DNA from: Candidatus Eiseniibacteriota bacterium
GTDB taxonomy: Bacteria > Eisenbacteria > RBG-16-71-46
Direction: 5' to 3'
NCBI GenBank assembly: GCA_963776245.1
Contig: CAVZLN010000003.1
Location: 448,001-512,000, forward strand
Length of the DNA stretch: 64,000 bases
The notes beneath the pieces were generated by a model that was not told the origin of the DNA, made no database searches, and was given only the letters and a program-made list of their open reading frames with translations. The translations under genes were made by a program, and so were the position numbers. Numbering within the stretch: position 1 is the first letter of the stretch; each line of letters starts with the position of its first letter. Below, in pieces: positions 8,379-20,502 of the stretch.

Positions 8379-11021
8379 ATGCTTCTCGCTCGACCCCGCC
8401 GCGCCTCCTGGCTGAGCGCGACTCTGGTGACGACCGGCCTCGCTCTCGCGCTCGCCTACGTGCTTCCCGCGCCGGGTTCGGCCCAGACCCAGAGCCTGTC
8501 GCCCGAGCTCGCGGCGCAGGCGCGTGCCATCAAGGCCACGCAGCGTCGCATGCTGATGGCCGGACCGCTGCGCCACCTCCAGTCGAACCGCGCCTTCGCG
8601 AAGGAAGTGCGTCGGGCGTTGAAGAAGCACCAGCCCATCCCCGAGCGCGGCGCCCGGCTGAAGCGGCCGCCCACCGACGTTGAGACCCCGACGGCGATCA
8701 CCCCGTTGCCGCGCTATTCCATCGAGCAGGCGCTCACCGTTCCCACCAACGTGATCTGCAACAATACCGCCGGGGACGGCGCGGGCTCGGGCCAGTGCGA
8801 GGAGTCGATCGCCTCGTGGGGCCCCTACGTGCTGACGGCCTGGAACGACGGCCAGGGCTTCATCTCCGGGCCGGACACCCAGGGATACGGCTACTCGCTG
8901 AACGGCGGGGTGTCCTTCATCGACGGCGGCATGGTGCCCAAGACCGTCCCGACCGGCACCTGGACCAGCGACCCGGTCGTGACCGTGAACGAGAAGACCG
9001 GGGAGTTCTGGTACTGCGGCCTGTACGACGCCGATGCCTCGAACAGCGGTCTCGCCGTGGTGAAGGCCACCTTCACCCCGGGGGGCATCACCTGGGGCAC
9101 CGTGCGCATCCCGGACATGAAGAACAACTCCCAGTTCTTCATCGACAAGCAGTGGTGCGTGGTGGACTCCTCGACCGGCAACCTGTACGTGACGTACACC
9201 AAGTTCACGGCGTTGGACGACAGCATCATGTTTTCGCGCTCGACCGACGGCGGCGTCAGTTGGAGCCCGCCCATGGCGGTCAGCAATCCGGCGACCGCCG
9301 GCCTCCAGCAGGGCTCGCGCCCGGTGGTGGGACCGAACGGCGAGGTGTACGTGGTGTGGAGCGAGATCGGTCCGATCGACGCGGACTTCTTCATGATGCG
9401 CAAGTCCACCAATTTCGGCGTCTCGTTCGGTTCCGAGGTGACGGCGAACGCGCACTACGCCAACTTCGGCACCGGCGCCCCCGGGTTCAATCGCGAGCGT
9501 TCGGTCGACTTCCCTTCGGTCGCGGTGGATCGCACCAACGGCCCGCATCGCGGCCGCGTCTACATGACATGGCACGAGTCGATCAACTGGTACAACGACG
9601 TGCTCGGCGGCGGCGGTAGCAAGACCGAGGTCGAGTCCAACAGCTCCACCATCACGGCCACGCCGTTCACGCCCGGCCAGCGCGTGCGCGGCGCGTTCTC
9701 GAGCACCGCCGACGTGGACTGGTTCTCGTTCGCGGGGACCCAGGGGACCACGTACATCTTCGCGGTGGACTCGGTGCCGCGGCCGCTCTACGCCGTGCGC
9801 ATCTACTGCACCGACGGCGTTACCCGGCTCTCCTACGCCGGCGAGTACTACTCCCAGGGCGGAGCCTCCTACATCACGTTCACCGCCCCGGCGACCGCCA
9901 CCTACTACCTGCGCATGAACTTTGTCTCCAACCCCCCGTACACATCGCTCATCGGCGGCTACCGCATCATGACCGGCGTCAACACGCCCGGCCCCGAGGT
10001 CGGCCGCGACCAGCGGGACGTCGCCGTGTCCTACTCGGACAACGGCACGACCTGGTCCACGCCGACGCGCGTCAACGACGAGTCCGCCTGGTACGACGAC
10101 TGGCTCCCGGAGGTCGGGGTGGGCGCCGACGGCATGCCCTACGTGATCTGGTTCGACTGGCGCAGCACCACCTGTGGCGGATCGTCCCACATCTACGCCT
10201 CGCGCTCCTCGGATGGCGGCGCGACCTGGGCGGCCTCGCAGCAGGTCAGCTCCGTCGTGACCCCGTGGACCACGGTGGCCACCAACATCGCGCCGAACGA
10301 AGGGGACTACAACACCATCTACGGCGACGACCGCTACGTGCGACCCGCGTGGGCGGACGGCCGGGGCGGCACCCCCGACGTGTACACCACGGCCATCGAC
10401 ACGTGGTTCACGATGAGCGGTTGCCCGGCGGACACCAGTCTCCACACCCTCGACGTGCTCGCCCTGACGGCCAGCGTGAGCAACGGCAATCCGCTGTTCG
10501 CGAACGACTACACCGCCCGGATCACCACCGCCCGCAACTGGCCGGCGGCGTCGCCGTCGCCGCTGACGGTCGGCGCCCTGTCGGGCAACACCACCGGCGT
10601 GTCGGTCGCGGTGCCGGACACCGCGGCGCCGGGAGTCATGCCCGCGTGCCTCGAGGTGAGGAACTCGACCGGCACCCTGGTGCGCTCGTGCTGCTTCAAC
10701 ATCACGGTGCTGGCCAACGCGGGTGTCGGCTCGCAGAGCTTCGCGTTCCGCCTCGGCCAGAACGTGCCGAACCCGGTGCGCGGCGCCGGGACGCGCATCG
10801 ACTACACCCTGCCGCGCGCGGGCACGGTGCGGCTGGAGATCTTCGGCCTCAGCGGCGAGCGCGTGCGGACCCTGGTCGACGGGGCGCGTGCCGCCGGCCC
10901 GAACTCCGCGGTGTGGGATGGCCGGGACGGCCGCGGCCGCGTGGTGTCGGCCGGCACGTACTTCTATCGCATCTCGGGCCTCGGCCAGACCGCCGTGAAG
11001 CGCCTGGTGGTGCTCCCGTAG
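8379..11021 (+). CDS. Secreted Asp-box (BNR) beta-propeller protein with inserted PPC-like domain and C-terminal FlgD-Ig domain
   Basis: GGAGG RBS, signal peptide, Asp boxes SLNGGVSF/STDGGVSW/STNFGVSF/SDNGTTW/SSDGGATW, DVDWFSF, QNVPNP...WDGRDGRG. Confidence 0.8.
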   Translation: MLLARPRRASWLSATLVTTGLALALAYVLPAPGSAQTQSLSPELAAQARAIKATQRRMLMAGPLRHLQSNRAFAKEVRRALKKHQPIPERGARLKRPPTDVETPTAITPLPRYSIEQALTVPTNVICNNTAGDGAGSGQCEESIASWGPYVLTAWNDGQGFISGPDTQGYGYSLNGGVSFIDGGMVPKTVPTGTWTSDPVVTVNEKTGEFWYCGLYDADASNSGLAVVKATFTPGGITWGTVRIPDMKNNSQFFIDKQWCVVDSSTGNLYVTYTKFTALDDSIMFSRSTDGGVSWSPPMAVSNPATAGLQQGSRPVVGPNGEVYVVWSEIGPIDADFFMMRKSTNFGVSFGSEVTANAHYANFGTGAPGFNRERSVDFPSVAVDRTNGPHRGRVYMTWHESINWYNDVLGGGGSKTEVESNSSTITATPFTPGQRVRGAFSSTADVDWFSFAGTQGTTYIFAVDSVPRPLYAVRIYCTDGVTRLSYAGEYYSQGGASYITFTAPATATYYLRMNFVSNPPYTSLIGGYRIMTGVNTPGPEVGRDQRDVAVSYSDNGTTWSTPTRVNDESAWYDDWLPEVGVGADGMPYVIWFDWRSTTCGGSSHIYASRSSDGGATWAASQQVSSVVTPWTTVATNIAPNEGDYNTIYGDDRYVRPAWADGRGGTPDVYTTAIDTWFTMSGCPADTSLHTLDVLALTASVSNGNPLFANDYTARITTARNWPAASPSPLTVGALSGNTTGVSVAVPDTAAPGVMPACLEVRNSTGTLVRSCCFNITVLANAGVGSQSFAFRLGQNVPNPVRGAGTRIDYTLPRAGTVRLEIFGLSGERVRTLVDGARAAGPNSAVWDGRDGRGRVVSAGTYFYRISGLGQTAVKRLVVLP

Positions 11022-11225
11022 CCGGAAGCCTCCGGCGCAGAGCCGGACGCTGAGGGATCCGCCGGGCCGGTGCGCGAGCACCGGCCCGGTGCGTTGGGGG
11101 CGAAGAGCGCGCCGCTCCTGCCGCGGCCCGCGGCCGGCCGCCCTCCTCCGAGGCACCGTCGCCCGCGGACCCGTCACGGCGCGCGAGGCCGCGCCGGCGC
11201 CGGTCGACGCTCCTCGAGATTCTCC

Positions 11226-11280
11226 TTGACCCCGCACGCGCGTCTGCCGCAATATTCATCTTTCTGAATAGTTATTCGCC
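11226..11280 (+). promoter_or_regulatory. arg operon promoter with tandem ARG boxes
   Basis: TTGACC (-35) and CAATAT (-10); 18-bp boxes TCTGCCGCAATATTCATC (11243-11260) and TCTGAATAGTTATTCGCC (11263-11280) resemble nnTGAATAwwwATTCAnn; directly upstream of argR. Confidence 0.75.
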
Positions 11281-11301
11281 ACCCTCGGAGGCCCCACCGC
11301 C

Positions 11302-11778
11302 ATGCCGCGTCCGCGCCGCCTCGCCCTGATCGCCCGCCTCCTCGGCGCCAGGCGCTTCTCCAGTCAGGACGAACTGGTGCGCGCCCTCGCGCGCGAAGGG
11401 GTCGAGGTCGCCCAGGCCACGCTGTCGCGCGACCTGCGCAGCCTCGGGGTGGGGAAGCGGCCGGGCGCCGACGGCCGGACCGCGTACGCGCTGCCCGGGC
11501 CGGCCACCGAGTCTCTCGACCGCGAACGCCAGTTGCTCGACCTCAAGGCGTTCGTCAACGAGGTGAAGCTCGCCCACAACCTCGTGGTCGTGCGCACCCC
11601 GCCCGGACACGCGAACGGCGTGGCGCGCGCCATCGACCTCGCCGAGTTCCCGGGCCTCGTCGGCTCGGTGGCCGGCGACGACACCGTGCTCTGCGTGCTG
11701 AGCGATCCGGCCGGGGCCCGCGGCCTCAAGCGCCGGCTCGACCAGATCGCCGGCCGCCCCACCGCCGCGGGAAAATGA
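11302..11778 (+). CDS. argR: Arginine repressor
   Basis: SQDEL...QATLSRDL, GSVAGDDT. Confidence 0.95.
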   Translation: MPRPRRLALIARLLGARRFSSQDELVRALAREGVEVAQATLSRDLRSLGVGKRPGADGRTAYALPGPATESLDRERQLLDLKAFVNEVKLAHNLVVVRTPPGHANGVARAIDLAEFPGLVGSVAGDDTVLCVLSDPAGARGLKRRLDQIAGRPTAAGK

Positions 11779-12884
11779 CCATGAGCGACTTCGATCCCGG
11801 GGCCCCCGTCCTCGCCCCGCCGGCCGCGACCGCATCGACGACTCCCGACGACGATCCGCGCACCGCGCGCCAGCAGGCGCGCATCGCGGTGCTCGGGGCG
11901 AGCGGCTACAGCGGACAGGAGTTCGCGCGCCTGGCGCTCGGCCATCCCGGGCTCGAGCTCGCGGTGCTGTGTTCGCGCGAGCATGCGGGCCGCCCGGCCG
12001 CCACGCTGCTGCCCGGGCTCGACCCGCGCGCCGCCGCGATGCCGCCGGTGGTGGATCCCTCCGAGCTCGAGGACCTGCTCGCGGCGTGCGTGTTCGATGC
12101 CCTGGTCGTGTGCCTGCCGCACGGCGCGTGGAAGACGTTCGCCGCCGGGCATCCGGCGCTGGCGGACGGCGCGCTGCGCATCGTGGACCTCTCGAGCGAT
12201 CACCGCGAGGGCGACGAGGGCTACGTGTACGGCCAGCCCGAGGCCTTCCGCGCCGGCATCGCCGGGGCCCGCCGCATCGCCAATCCCGGCTGCTACCCGA
12301 CCGCCGCCACGCTCGCTCTGCTGCCGGCGCTCGAAGGGGGCTGGGTCGCCGGACCGGTGATGGTGAGCGCCCTCTCGGGGGTCAGCGGCGCCGGGCGCGT
12401 GCCGTCCCTGCGCACCTCGTTCGTCGAGCTCGATGGCGGCGCGACGCTCTACGGAGCCGGCGAGACCCACGCGCACGTGCCAGAGATGGAGCGCAATCTC
12501 GCCCGGCTCGCCGGTCGCGCGATCCCGGTGGCCTTCGCCCCGCAACTCGCGCCGATGGCGCGTGGCATCCTGCTCACCGCCACCGCGCCGCTGGCGCAGC
12601 GGGTCACTCCCGAGGAGGCGCGCGCCGCGTATGCCGCCCGCTACCAGCACGAGACCTTCGTGCAGGTGTTGCCGGCGGGCGCGTGGCCGGAGACGCGGGC
12701 CGTGAAGGCCTCCAACCGCTGCGACGTGGGCGTGACCACGGTGCACGGCGACCGGACCCTGCTCGTCACCGCGGCGCTCGACAACCTCGTGAAGGGCGCC
12801 GCGGGTCAGGCGGTGCAGAACCTCAACCTCATGCTCGGCTGGCCGGAGGCCTGGGGCCTGCCCGTCCACGGAAGCCCGTGGTGA
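11775..12884 (+). CDS. argC: N-acetyl-gamma-glutamyl-phosphate reductase
   Basis: GASGYSG, ANPGCYPT, SGVSGAG, DNLVKGAAGQAVQN. Confidence 0.95.
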   Translation: MTMSDFDPGAPVLAPPAATASTTPDDDPRTARQQARIAVLGASGYSGQEFARLALGHPGLELAVLCSREHAGRPAATLLPGLDPRAAAMPPVVDPSELEDLLAACVFDALVVCLPHGAWKTFAAGHPALADGALRIVDLSSDHREGDEGYVYGQPEAFRAGIAGARRIANPGCYPTAATLALLPALEGGWVAGPVMVSALSGVSGAGRVPSLRTSFVELDGGATLYGAGETHAHVPEMERNLARLAGRAIPVAFAPQLAPMARGILLTATAPLAQRVTPEEARAAYAARYQHETFVQVLPAGAWPETRAVKASNRCDVGVTTVHGDRTLLVTAALDNLVKGAAGQAVQNLNLMLGWPEAWGLPVHGSPW

Positions 12885-13771
12885 GCGGCGCCGAGCTTCG
12901 GTCGGCCGCCGCTCTCGCGGAAGGGCGGAGGGGTCGCCGCGGGATCGCGGACGCGCCGGCCGCGCGGAGAGGGGCCCCGGCCGCCGGCGCGACGCGCGCG
13001 CCCGTGGTCGTGAAGCTCGGCGGCCGCGCGCTCGAGGCGCCGGAAGCGCTCGGGCAGCTGGCCGCCGACCTGGCTCGCCTGCCCGCGGCGCGCGTGCTCG
13101 TCCACGGCGGCGGCGGCGAGGTGAACGCCTGGCTGGAGCGTGTCGGCAGTGCCCCGCGCTTCGCCGACGGACTGCGGGTGACCGACCCGGACACCCTCGA
13201 GATCGCCGTGGCGGTGCTCGCCGGGCTCGCGAACAAGCGCCTGGTCGCGCGCCTGCGGGCGGCCGGCATCGACGCGATCGGGCTCGCGGCGCTCGACGCG
13301 GGCGTGCTCGAGTGCGCGCCCCACTCCGATTCCGCGCGCCTCGGCGCGGTGGGGATAGCGGTGGGCGCGCGGCCGGACGTGCTGCGGGCGCTGTTCGGTC
13401 TTGGCCTGCTGCCGGTCCTGGCGAGCGTCGGGCACCACGGCGGCGCGCTGCTCAATCTCAACGCCGACGACACCGCGTTCGCGGTGGCCGGTGCGCTCCA
13501 TGCGAGCGACCTGGTGCTCCTGAGCGATGTCCCCGGGCTGGTGCTGGGCGGCGAGGTCCAGCGCACCCTCACGCTCGCGGCGCTGGACTCGGCCCTCGCG
13601 GGCGCCGAGGTCTCCGGCGGCATGCGGCCCAAGCTCCGCGCCGCGCGAGCCGCCCTCCACGCGGGCGTCGCGCGCGTGCACATCGCCGCGTGGGACGGCG
13701 CCGGCACGCTCGCGCGACTGCTCGGCGGCAGCGGCACCGGCACCACCTTCGCCGCCGAGGAACCGGCGTGA
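12881..13771 (+). CDS. argB: Acetylglutamate kinase
   Basis: VVKLGG, VHGGG, GLRVTD, NLNAD, GGMRPK; GTG overlaps the argC stop. Confidence 0.92.
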   Translation: MSGAELRSAAALAEGRRGRRGIADAPAARRGAPAAGATRAPVVVKLGGRALEAPEALGQLAADLARLPAARVLVHGGGGEVNAWLERVGSAPRFADGLRVTDPDTLEIAVAVLAGLANKRLVARLRAAGIDAIGLAALDAGVLECAPHSDSARLGAVGIAVGARPDVLRALFGLGLLPVLASVGHHGGALLNLNADDTAFAVAGALHASDLVLLSDVPGLVLGGEVQRTLTLAALDSALAGAEVSGGMRPKLRAARAALHAGVARVHIAAWDGAGTLARLLGGSGTGTTFAAEEPA

Positions 13772-15032
13772 CCACCTCGATCGGCGCCCCGGCGCCCATG
13801 GCGCCACCCCTCGACCCCGCGCTCGCCCACCAGGAGCTCGGCCTGCTCGCTCCCACCTATCCGTTGCCGCGCCTCCTCCTCACCCACGGCCGGGGCACGC
13901 GGGTCTGGGACGCGAGCGGGCGCGAGTACCTCGACTTCGCGAGCGGCATCGCGGTGAACGCAATGGGCCACGCGCCGGTCGGCCTCCAGCGGGCGGTGTC
14001 ACGCCAATTGCGCGCGCTGGTGCACGTCTCGAACCTGTTCGCCAACCCGCCGGCGCTCGCGTTCGCGCAGCGATTGACCCAGGCGACCGGGTACTCGCAC
14101 GTCTTCTTCTGCAACTCGGGCACCGAGGCCAACGAGGCGGCGCTCAAGTTCGCACGCCTGTTCGCGCGGGCGCGCGGACGCGCGGGGCGCGACCTGCTCG
14201 CGTTCCGGGGCGGCTTCCACGGGCGCACCGCGCTCGCGCTCTCCGCCACGCACCATCCGCCCTACCGCGAGCCGTTCGCGCCCCTGGTGCCGGGCATCCG
14301 GTTCGCCGAGTTCAACCAGCCGGGGGCGCTCGACGCCGTGCTCGACGAGGCCGTGTGCGGGGTCATCGTCGAGCCGGTGCAGGGCGAGGCCGGCGCGATC
14401 CCGGCGACCCGCGAGTTCCTGCACGCCCTGCGCGCGCGCACCACGGCCCTCGGCGCGCTGCTGATCTTCGACGAGGTGCAGTGCGGCATGGGGCGCTGCG
14501 GGCATCTGCTCGCCTCCGAGCACTTCGGCGTGCGCGCGGACATCACGGTGCTCAGCAAGGCGCTCGGCGGCGGGCTGCCGCTCGGCGCGGTGCTCCTGTC
14601 CGCCGAGGTGGCGCACGCGCTCCAGCCCGGGCTGCATGGCTGCACCTTCGGCGGGGGCCCGGTGGTCACGACCGCGGGTGACTGGACGCTCGCCCGGATC
14701 GCGCGCCCCGGCTTCCTCGCGCGGGTGCGCAAGCGCGGGCGCGAGCTGGGCGCGGCGCTCGACGCCGTGGTGTCGCGCCACGCGTCGCTCCGCGCGGCGC
14801 ACGGCCTCGGCCTGCTGCGCGCGCTCGAGGTGGCGGCGGACGCCCCCTACGGGCCCGCCGAGCTGGTCGCGCGGGCGCGCCAGGGCGGACTCCTCACCGT
14901 GCGCGGCGGCGAGCGCGCGGTGCGCCTGCTCCCGCCGCTCACCGTGAGCGCAGCCGAGATCGTGGACGCGGTACAGCGCCTCGAGGCGGCCGTGACGGCG
15001 CTCGAGCCCATGCCCCCACCCGGGAGGTCGAC

Positions 15033-15036
<4 letters not shown>
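13768..15036 (+). CDS. argD: Acetylornithine aminotransferase
   Basis: YLDFASGIAVN, NSGTEANE, FHGRT, EPVQGE, DEVQCG, SKALGGG. Confidence 0.92.
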
Positions 15037-16323
<1,287 letters not shown>

Positions 16324-16334
<11 letters not shown>

Positions 16335-18393
16335 GCGGGACGACGGCGGGGCGGTGTGGCGGGGCCGGCTCGCGGCCGGGCTCGATCCGCGGGCGCGGGC
16401 GCTGAACGACTCGCTGCCGGTGGACGGGCGCCTGTGGCCCGAGGAGCTGGCGCTGTCGCGCGCCTACGCCCGCGCCATCGCCGAGTGCGGGGTGCTGGCG
16501 GCGCCCGAGCTCGCCGCGCTGCTCGCGGCGTGTGACGTCCTCGGCGGCGAGCTGGCGGCGGGGCACGTGGCGCTCGCGGGCGAGGACGTGCATTCCGCGG
16601 TCGAGGCCGCCCTCACCGAACGCTGCGGCGATCCCGCGCGGCGCCTGCACACCGGACGCAGCCGCAACGAGCAGGTGAGCACGATCACCCGCATGCGCGT
16701 GATGCGCCTGTGCGAGGACGCGCTCGAAGGCCTGCGCGGGCTCGAGCGCGCATTGCTCGCGCAGGCCCTGCGCGCCGGGGGCATCGCGGTCGCCGCATGC
16801 ACCCATCTCCAGCCGGCGCAGCCGGTGCTGCTCGCCCAGCTGTGGCTGGCCCACCTCGCCGCGCTCGAGCGCGACGAGGACCGCTTCGCCGCGGCCCGCG
16901 AGGCGGCCGACCTGCTGCCGCTCGGCGCCGGCGCGGTCGCGGGCTCGCCCCTGCGCTACGACCGTCTGGCGCTCGCGACGCGGCTCGGCTTCAGCCGCCT
17001 CGCGGCCAACAGCGTGGACGCCGTGGGCGACCGCGACTTCGCGCTCGACTACCTGAACGCGGCCGCGGTGCTGGGCGTGCACCTGTCGCGGCTCGCCGAG
17101 GACCTGGTGCTGTGGTGCTCGCCGTTCTTCGGCTGGTTCACGGCGCCCGACGGGTTCTCGACCGGCTCCAGCCTGTTGCCTCAGAAGCGCAATCCCGACC
17201 TGTTCGAGCTCGCGCGCGGCAAGAGCGCGCGGCTGCTCGCCAATGCCCAGCGGCTGGCGGTGCTCATGAAGGGGCTGCCTTCCGCGTACCAGAAGGACCT
17301 GCAGGAGGACAAGGAAGCGGTGTTCGACACCGCCGACACGCTCGCGCTCCTGTTCGCCGCGCTCCCGCCGGCGATCGAGGCGTTGGCCCCGGACCAGGAG
17401 CGCATGCGGGCCAGCCTCACGCCCGGCCTGCTCGCGGTGGAGCTCGCGGACGCGCTGGTGGAGGATGGCCTGCCGTTCCGCGACGCGCACCTCGCGGTCG
17501 GCCGGCTGTGGGCCGCCGCCGAGCGCGCGGGCGTCGAACCCGCCGCGCTGCCGGAGCACGAGCGCCTCGCGCTCGCGCCGCAGTTCACCGACGCGCGCCT
17601 CGCGGCGCTGACCGTCGCGGGCGCGCTCGCGCGCCGCTCGCACGCGCCGGGCGCCGGACCCGACAGCGTGGCGGCGCAGATGGCGCATGCGGAGTCGCGG
17701 CTCGGCGTCGGGGGTGGCGGCCCCGCGCGGGACACCGGCGCGGCGGGGGCGACGGACGCCCCGACGCCCGGGGCGAGCGCCGCGCTCGAGCACGCGGTCA
17801 CACTCGCCGATGCCGAACCCGTCGCGCGGCCCGATGGCATCACGCTGCGGCCCGCGACCATCGAGGACGTGCCCGGCATCGCGCGGCTGATGGCGGCCTA
17901 CGTGGCGCAGGGGGTGCTGCTGCCGCGCCCGATGAACGAGCTCTACCAGTGCGTGCGCGAGTTCCATGTCGCGATGCTGGACGGCGAGGTGGTGGCGTGC
18001 GCCGCGCTGCGCCTGTTGTGGAACGACCTCGGCGAGGTGCGCTCGCTGGCGGTGCGCCCGGACCAGCACGGCCGGGGGCTGGGCGCCACGCTCATCGACC
18101 GCGTGCTCGACGACGCGCGCCACCTCGGGCTCCCGCGCGTGATCGCTCTCACCCGCGAGGTGACGTTCTTCGAGCGCTGCGGCTTCGCCGCGGTCTCCCG
18201 CGACACCCTCCCGCGCAAGGTGTGGACCGACTGCGTGCGCTGCCCCCGCCGTCATGCCTGCGACGAGGTCGCGGTGGTGCTCGATCTGGTCCCGGGCGCC
18301 ACGGCCGCCGCGGCCGTGGCGGCAGGGTCCTGGCTGGCGCCCATCCCGCGGTCCGCCAGCCCCGAGCCGGGCGCGCTCCCCGTCGTGTCCTGA
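16324..18393 (+). CDS. argH: Argininosuccinate lyase fused to short GNAT N-acetylglutamate synthase, ArgH(A)
   Basis: HTGRSRN, THLQPAQP, GSSLLPQKRNP; after a linker, GEVRSLAV...GRGLG...KVWTDCVRCP...CDE GNAT domain in the same frame. Confidence 0.92.
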
Positions 18394-18575
18394 CACGCCG
18401 CCGGTGCGCGGGCCGCGCCCGGCGCGCCGTCCCCGGCCCCCCTCCGGGCGCCCGTTTCCGCCCTCATGTCCGCCGTGGAATGGCCGAAACCCATGGGTGA
18501 ACGCCCGGGACGGACGGAGCGCGAGGCATTTCCCCGCCCGGGGTCGAGGGCGCTCCTCACTAAGGAAGGTGGGGC

Positions 18576-19652
18576 ATGGGTTCGAACTGGTGGACGCGGT
18601 TGTTCTCGCGCTCCGCCGCGACGCGTACCGTCGGGGCCGGGCCGGCGCTCGCGGAGGACGTGCCGCACGACGTCACGGTGGCCCTGGCGGCGCCGGCCGA
18701 GCCCGCGCCCGAGCGGCGGCTCGAATGGCGCGAGCCCGAGCGCCCCGCCGCGGACCCGCCCCCACTGGCCAACTCGGCGTCACTCGGCCGCTCGATGGCG
18801 CTGCGCGTGCGCCTGCTGCTCGATGGCGCGGACCCGGAAGCGCTCCACTCCGACGGGCCGGCGCTGGTGGAGATGCTGCTCGAAGGCGGGGGATCGTTCG
18901 TCGGCCACCTGCCCGAGGACAAGCGGGCGGCGCTCGACGTGGCCCGGCGTCCCGGTTCGGGCGTCGGCGAGCTGGTGCCGCTGTTCGCGCACGATCCGGC
19001 GCTCGCCCAGGCGGTGATCCGGCTGGCGAATTCCCCCGCGTACCGGCACCACGGCGAGCCCATGGTCGCCCTCCACGGCGCGGTGCACCGCCTCGGCAGG
19101 ACGACGGTGCAGGGCGTCCTCATGGCCAGCATGGTCGAGGGCCTCCTCTGCCTCCCCGGCGGCGCGTTCGACCTCCTGGTGGGCCGGACGTGGTCGCACA
19201 TGCAGCGCACCGCGCCGATCGCGCGGGACGTCGCGCCGGTGTTCGGAGTGGATCCCGACGCCGCGTTCTCGTTCGCGCTGCTCCACGACGTCGGCAAGCT
19301 GGTGATCTTCGACCACGCGGCGACCCTGCGTCGCGAGCAGCAGCGCGACCTGCGCATCCCGGAGCCCTTCTTCCGCCAGCTGCTGTGGCAACTGCACGAG
19401 CCGGTGGGCGGGCTGGCGATGCTGCGCTGGGGCATGGGAGGCGAGGCGGCGCACGTGGTGGGCGGACACCATCGGCGGCCGGTGCCCGAGACGGCCGACC
19501 CGGCGACCGAGGCGGTCTTCGTCGCCGAGGCGGTCGAACTGGCTCACTGCAACCACGCGGCGCTCGCGTGGGAGGAGTGGTGGGAGCGCGGCGGGATCAC
19601 CGCCGACCGGTTCGAGGTCGCCGAGCGCATCCGCGCGGCCGAAGAGGCATAG
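18576..19652 (+). CDS. HDOD domain-containing signal transduction protein
   Basis: DPALAQAVIRLANSPAY, AVHRLG, LLHDVGKL, RWG...HH. Confidence 0.88.
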   Translation: MGSNWWTRLFSRSAATRTVGAGPALAEDVPHDVTVALAAPAEPAPERRLEWREPERPAADPPPLANSASLGRSMALRVRLLLDGADPEALHSDGPALVEMLLEGGGSFVGHLPEDKRAALDVARRPGSGVGELVPLFAHDPALAQAVIRLANSPAYRHHGEPMVALHGAVHRLGRTTVQGVLMASMVEGLLCLPGGAFDLLVGRTWSHMQRTAPIARDVAPVFGVDPDAAFSFALLHDVGKLVIFDHAATLRREQQRDLRIPEPFFRQLLWQLHEPVGGLAMLRWGMGGEAAHVVGGHHRRPVPETADPATEAVFVAEAVELAHCNHAALAWEEWWERGGITADRFEVAERIRAAEEA

Positions 19653-19829
19653 CCCGTCCCGGCGTCGCGGCCCCGCTTCGCGACCGGCGCCCCGGGCCCG
19701 GCCGGGCGCGCCGCAACCCATCGCGGTCCCGCTCCGTAGAGCGGGCACCCACACCTGCACAGGACCGGCGCCGCGCCCCAGGCGGGGCGTGTCGCCGGCT
19801 TGGCGCAGGTGTGCGGCATGGAGGATCCG

Positions 19830-20462
19830 ATGAGGGCCCTGATGCTGAGCGTGACCGCCGCGCTCCTGCTCGCCACCCCGGTGTCCGCGCTCGACCTGCG
19901 CGCCGAGACCAAGTCCTACCCGGCCGCGGGCGTGCGATCGCTCGCGCTCGAACTCCCTGCGGGCGAGGTGACGATCGAGACCACCGACGGTCCCGACGTG
20001 CGCCTCACCGTCGGGGTCCACGGCCGGGGCTCGACCAGCGACTGCGAACGCCGCGCCCGGCGTCTCCATCTGGATGCGGAGCGCCGGGGGGACGCGCTCG
20101 CCCTGACGCTGAAGGACGGTTCGCACTGGCGCGTGTGCCGCACTTCGGTGCGTACCGAGGTGAGGGTCCCGCGCGGGATCGCGGTGGAGCTGAAGTTCGG
20201 GGCGGGCGAGCTCCAGGTGTTCGGCCTCGACGACGACCTCGAGGTGAAGATGGGCGCGGGGGAGGCCATCCTGCACCTGCGCGAGAGCGACGTGGGCGCG
20301 GTGCGGGTCCGCGTCGGCGCCGGAGATGCCACGCTCCATCGCCGCGGCGAAGTCCAGGACGGCTCGGGGTTCATCAGCCGCACGCTGCACTGGGGCGGCC
20401 CCGGCCCGGCCCAGGTGAGGGTCCTGCTCGGCGCCGGCGACGTGGACCTGCGTCTCGAGTGA
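19830..20462 (+). CDS. Secreted protein with GAGE/GAGD beta-strand repeats (DUF4097/adhesin-like)
   Basis: GGAGG RBS, signal peptide, repeated GAGE/GAGD turns. Confidence 0.6.
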   Translation: MRALMLSVTAALLLATPVSALDLRAETKSYPAAGVRSLALELPAGEVTIETTDGPDVRLTVGVHGRGSTSDCERRARRLHLDAERRGDALALTLKDGSHWRVCRTSVRTEVRVPRGIAVELKFGAGELQVFGLDDDLEVKMGAGEAILHLRESDVGAVRVRVGAGDATLHRRGEVQDGSGFISRTLHWGGPGPAQVRVLLGAGDVDLRLE

Positions 20463-20502
20463 CGCTACCCTCCGGTCCACACTCGAACCTCCGGAGGTCG
20501 CC

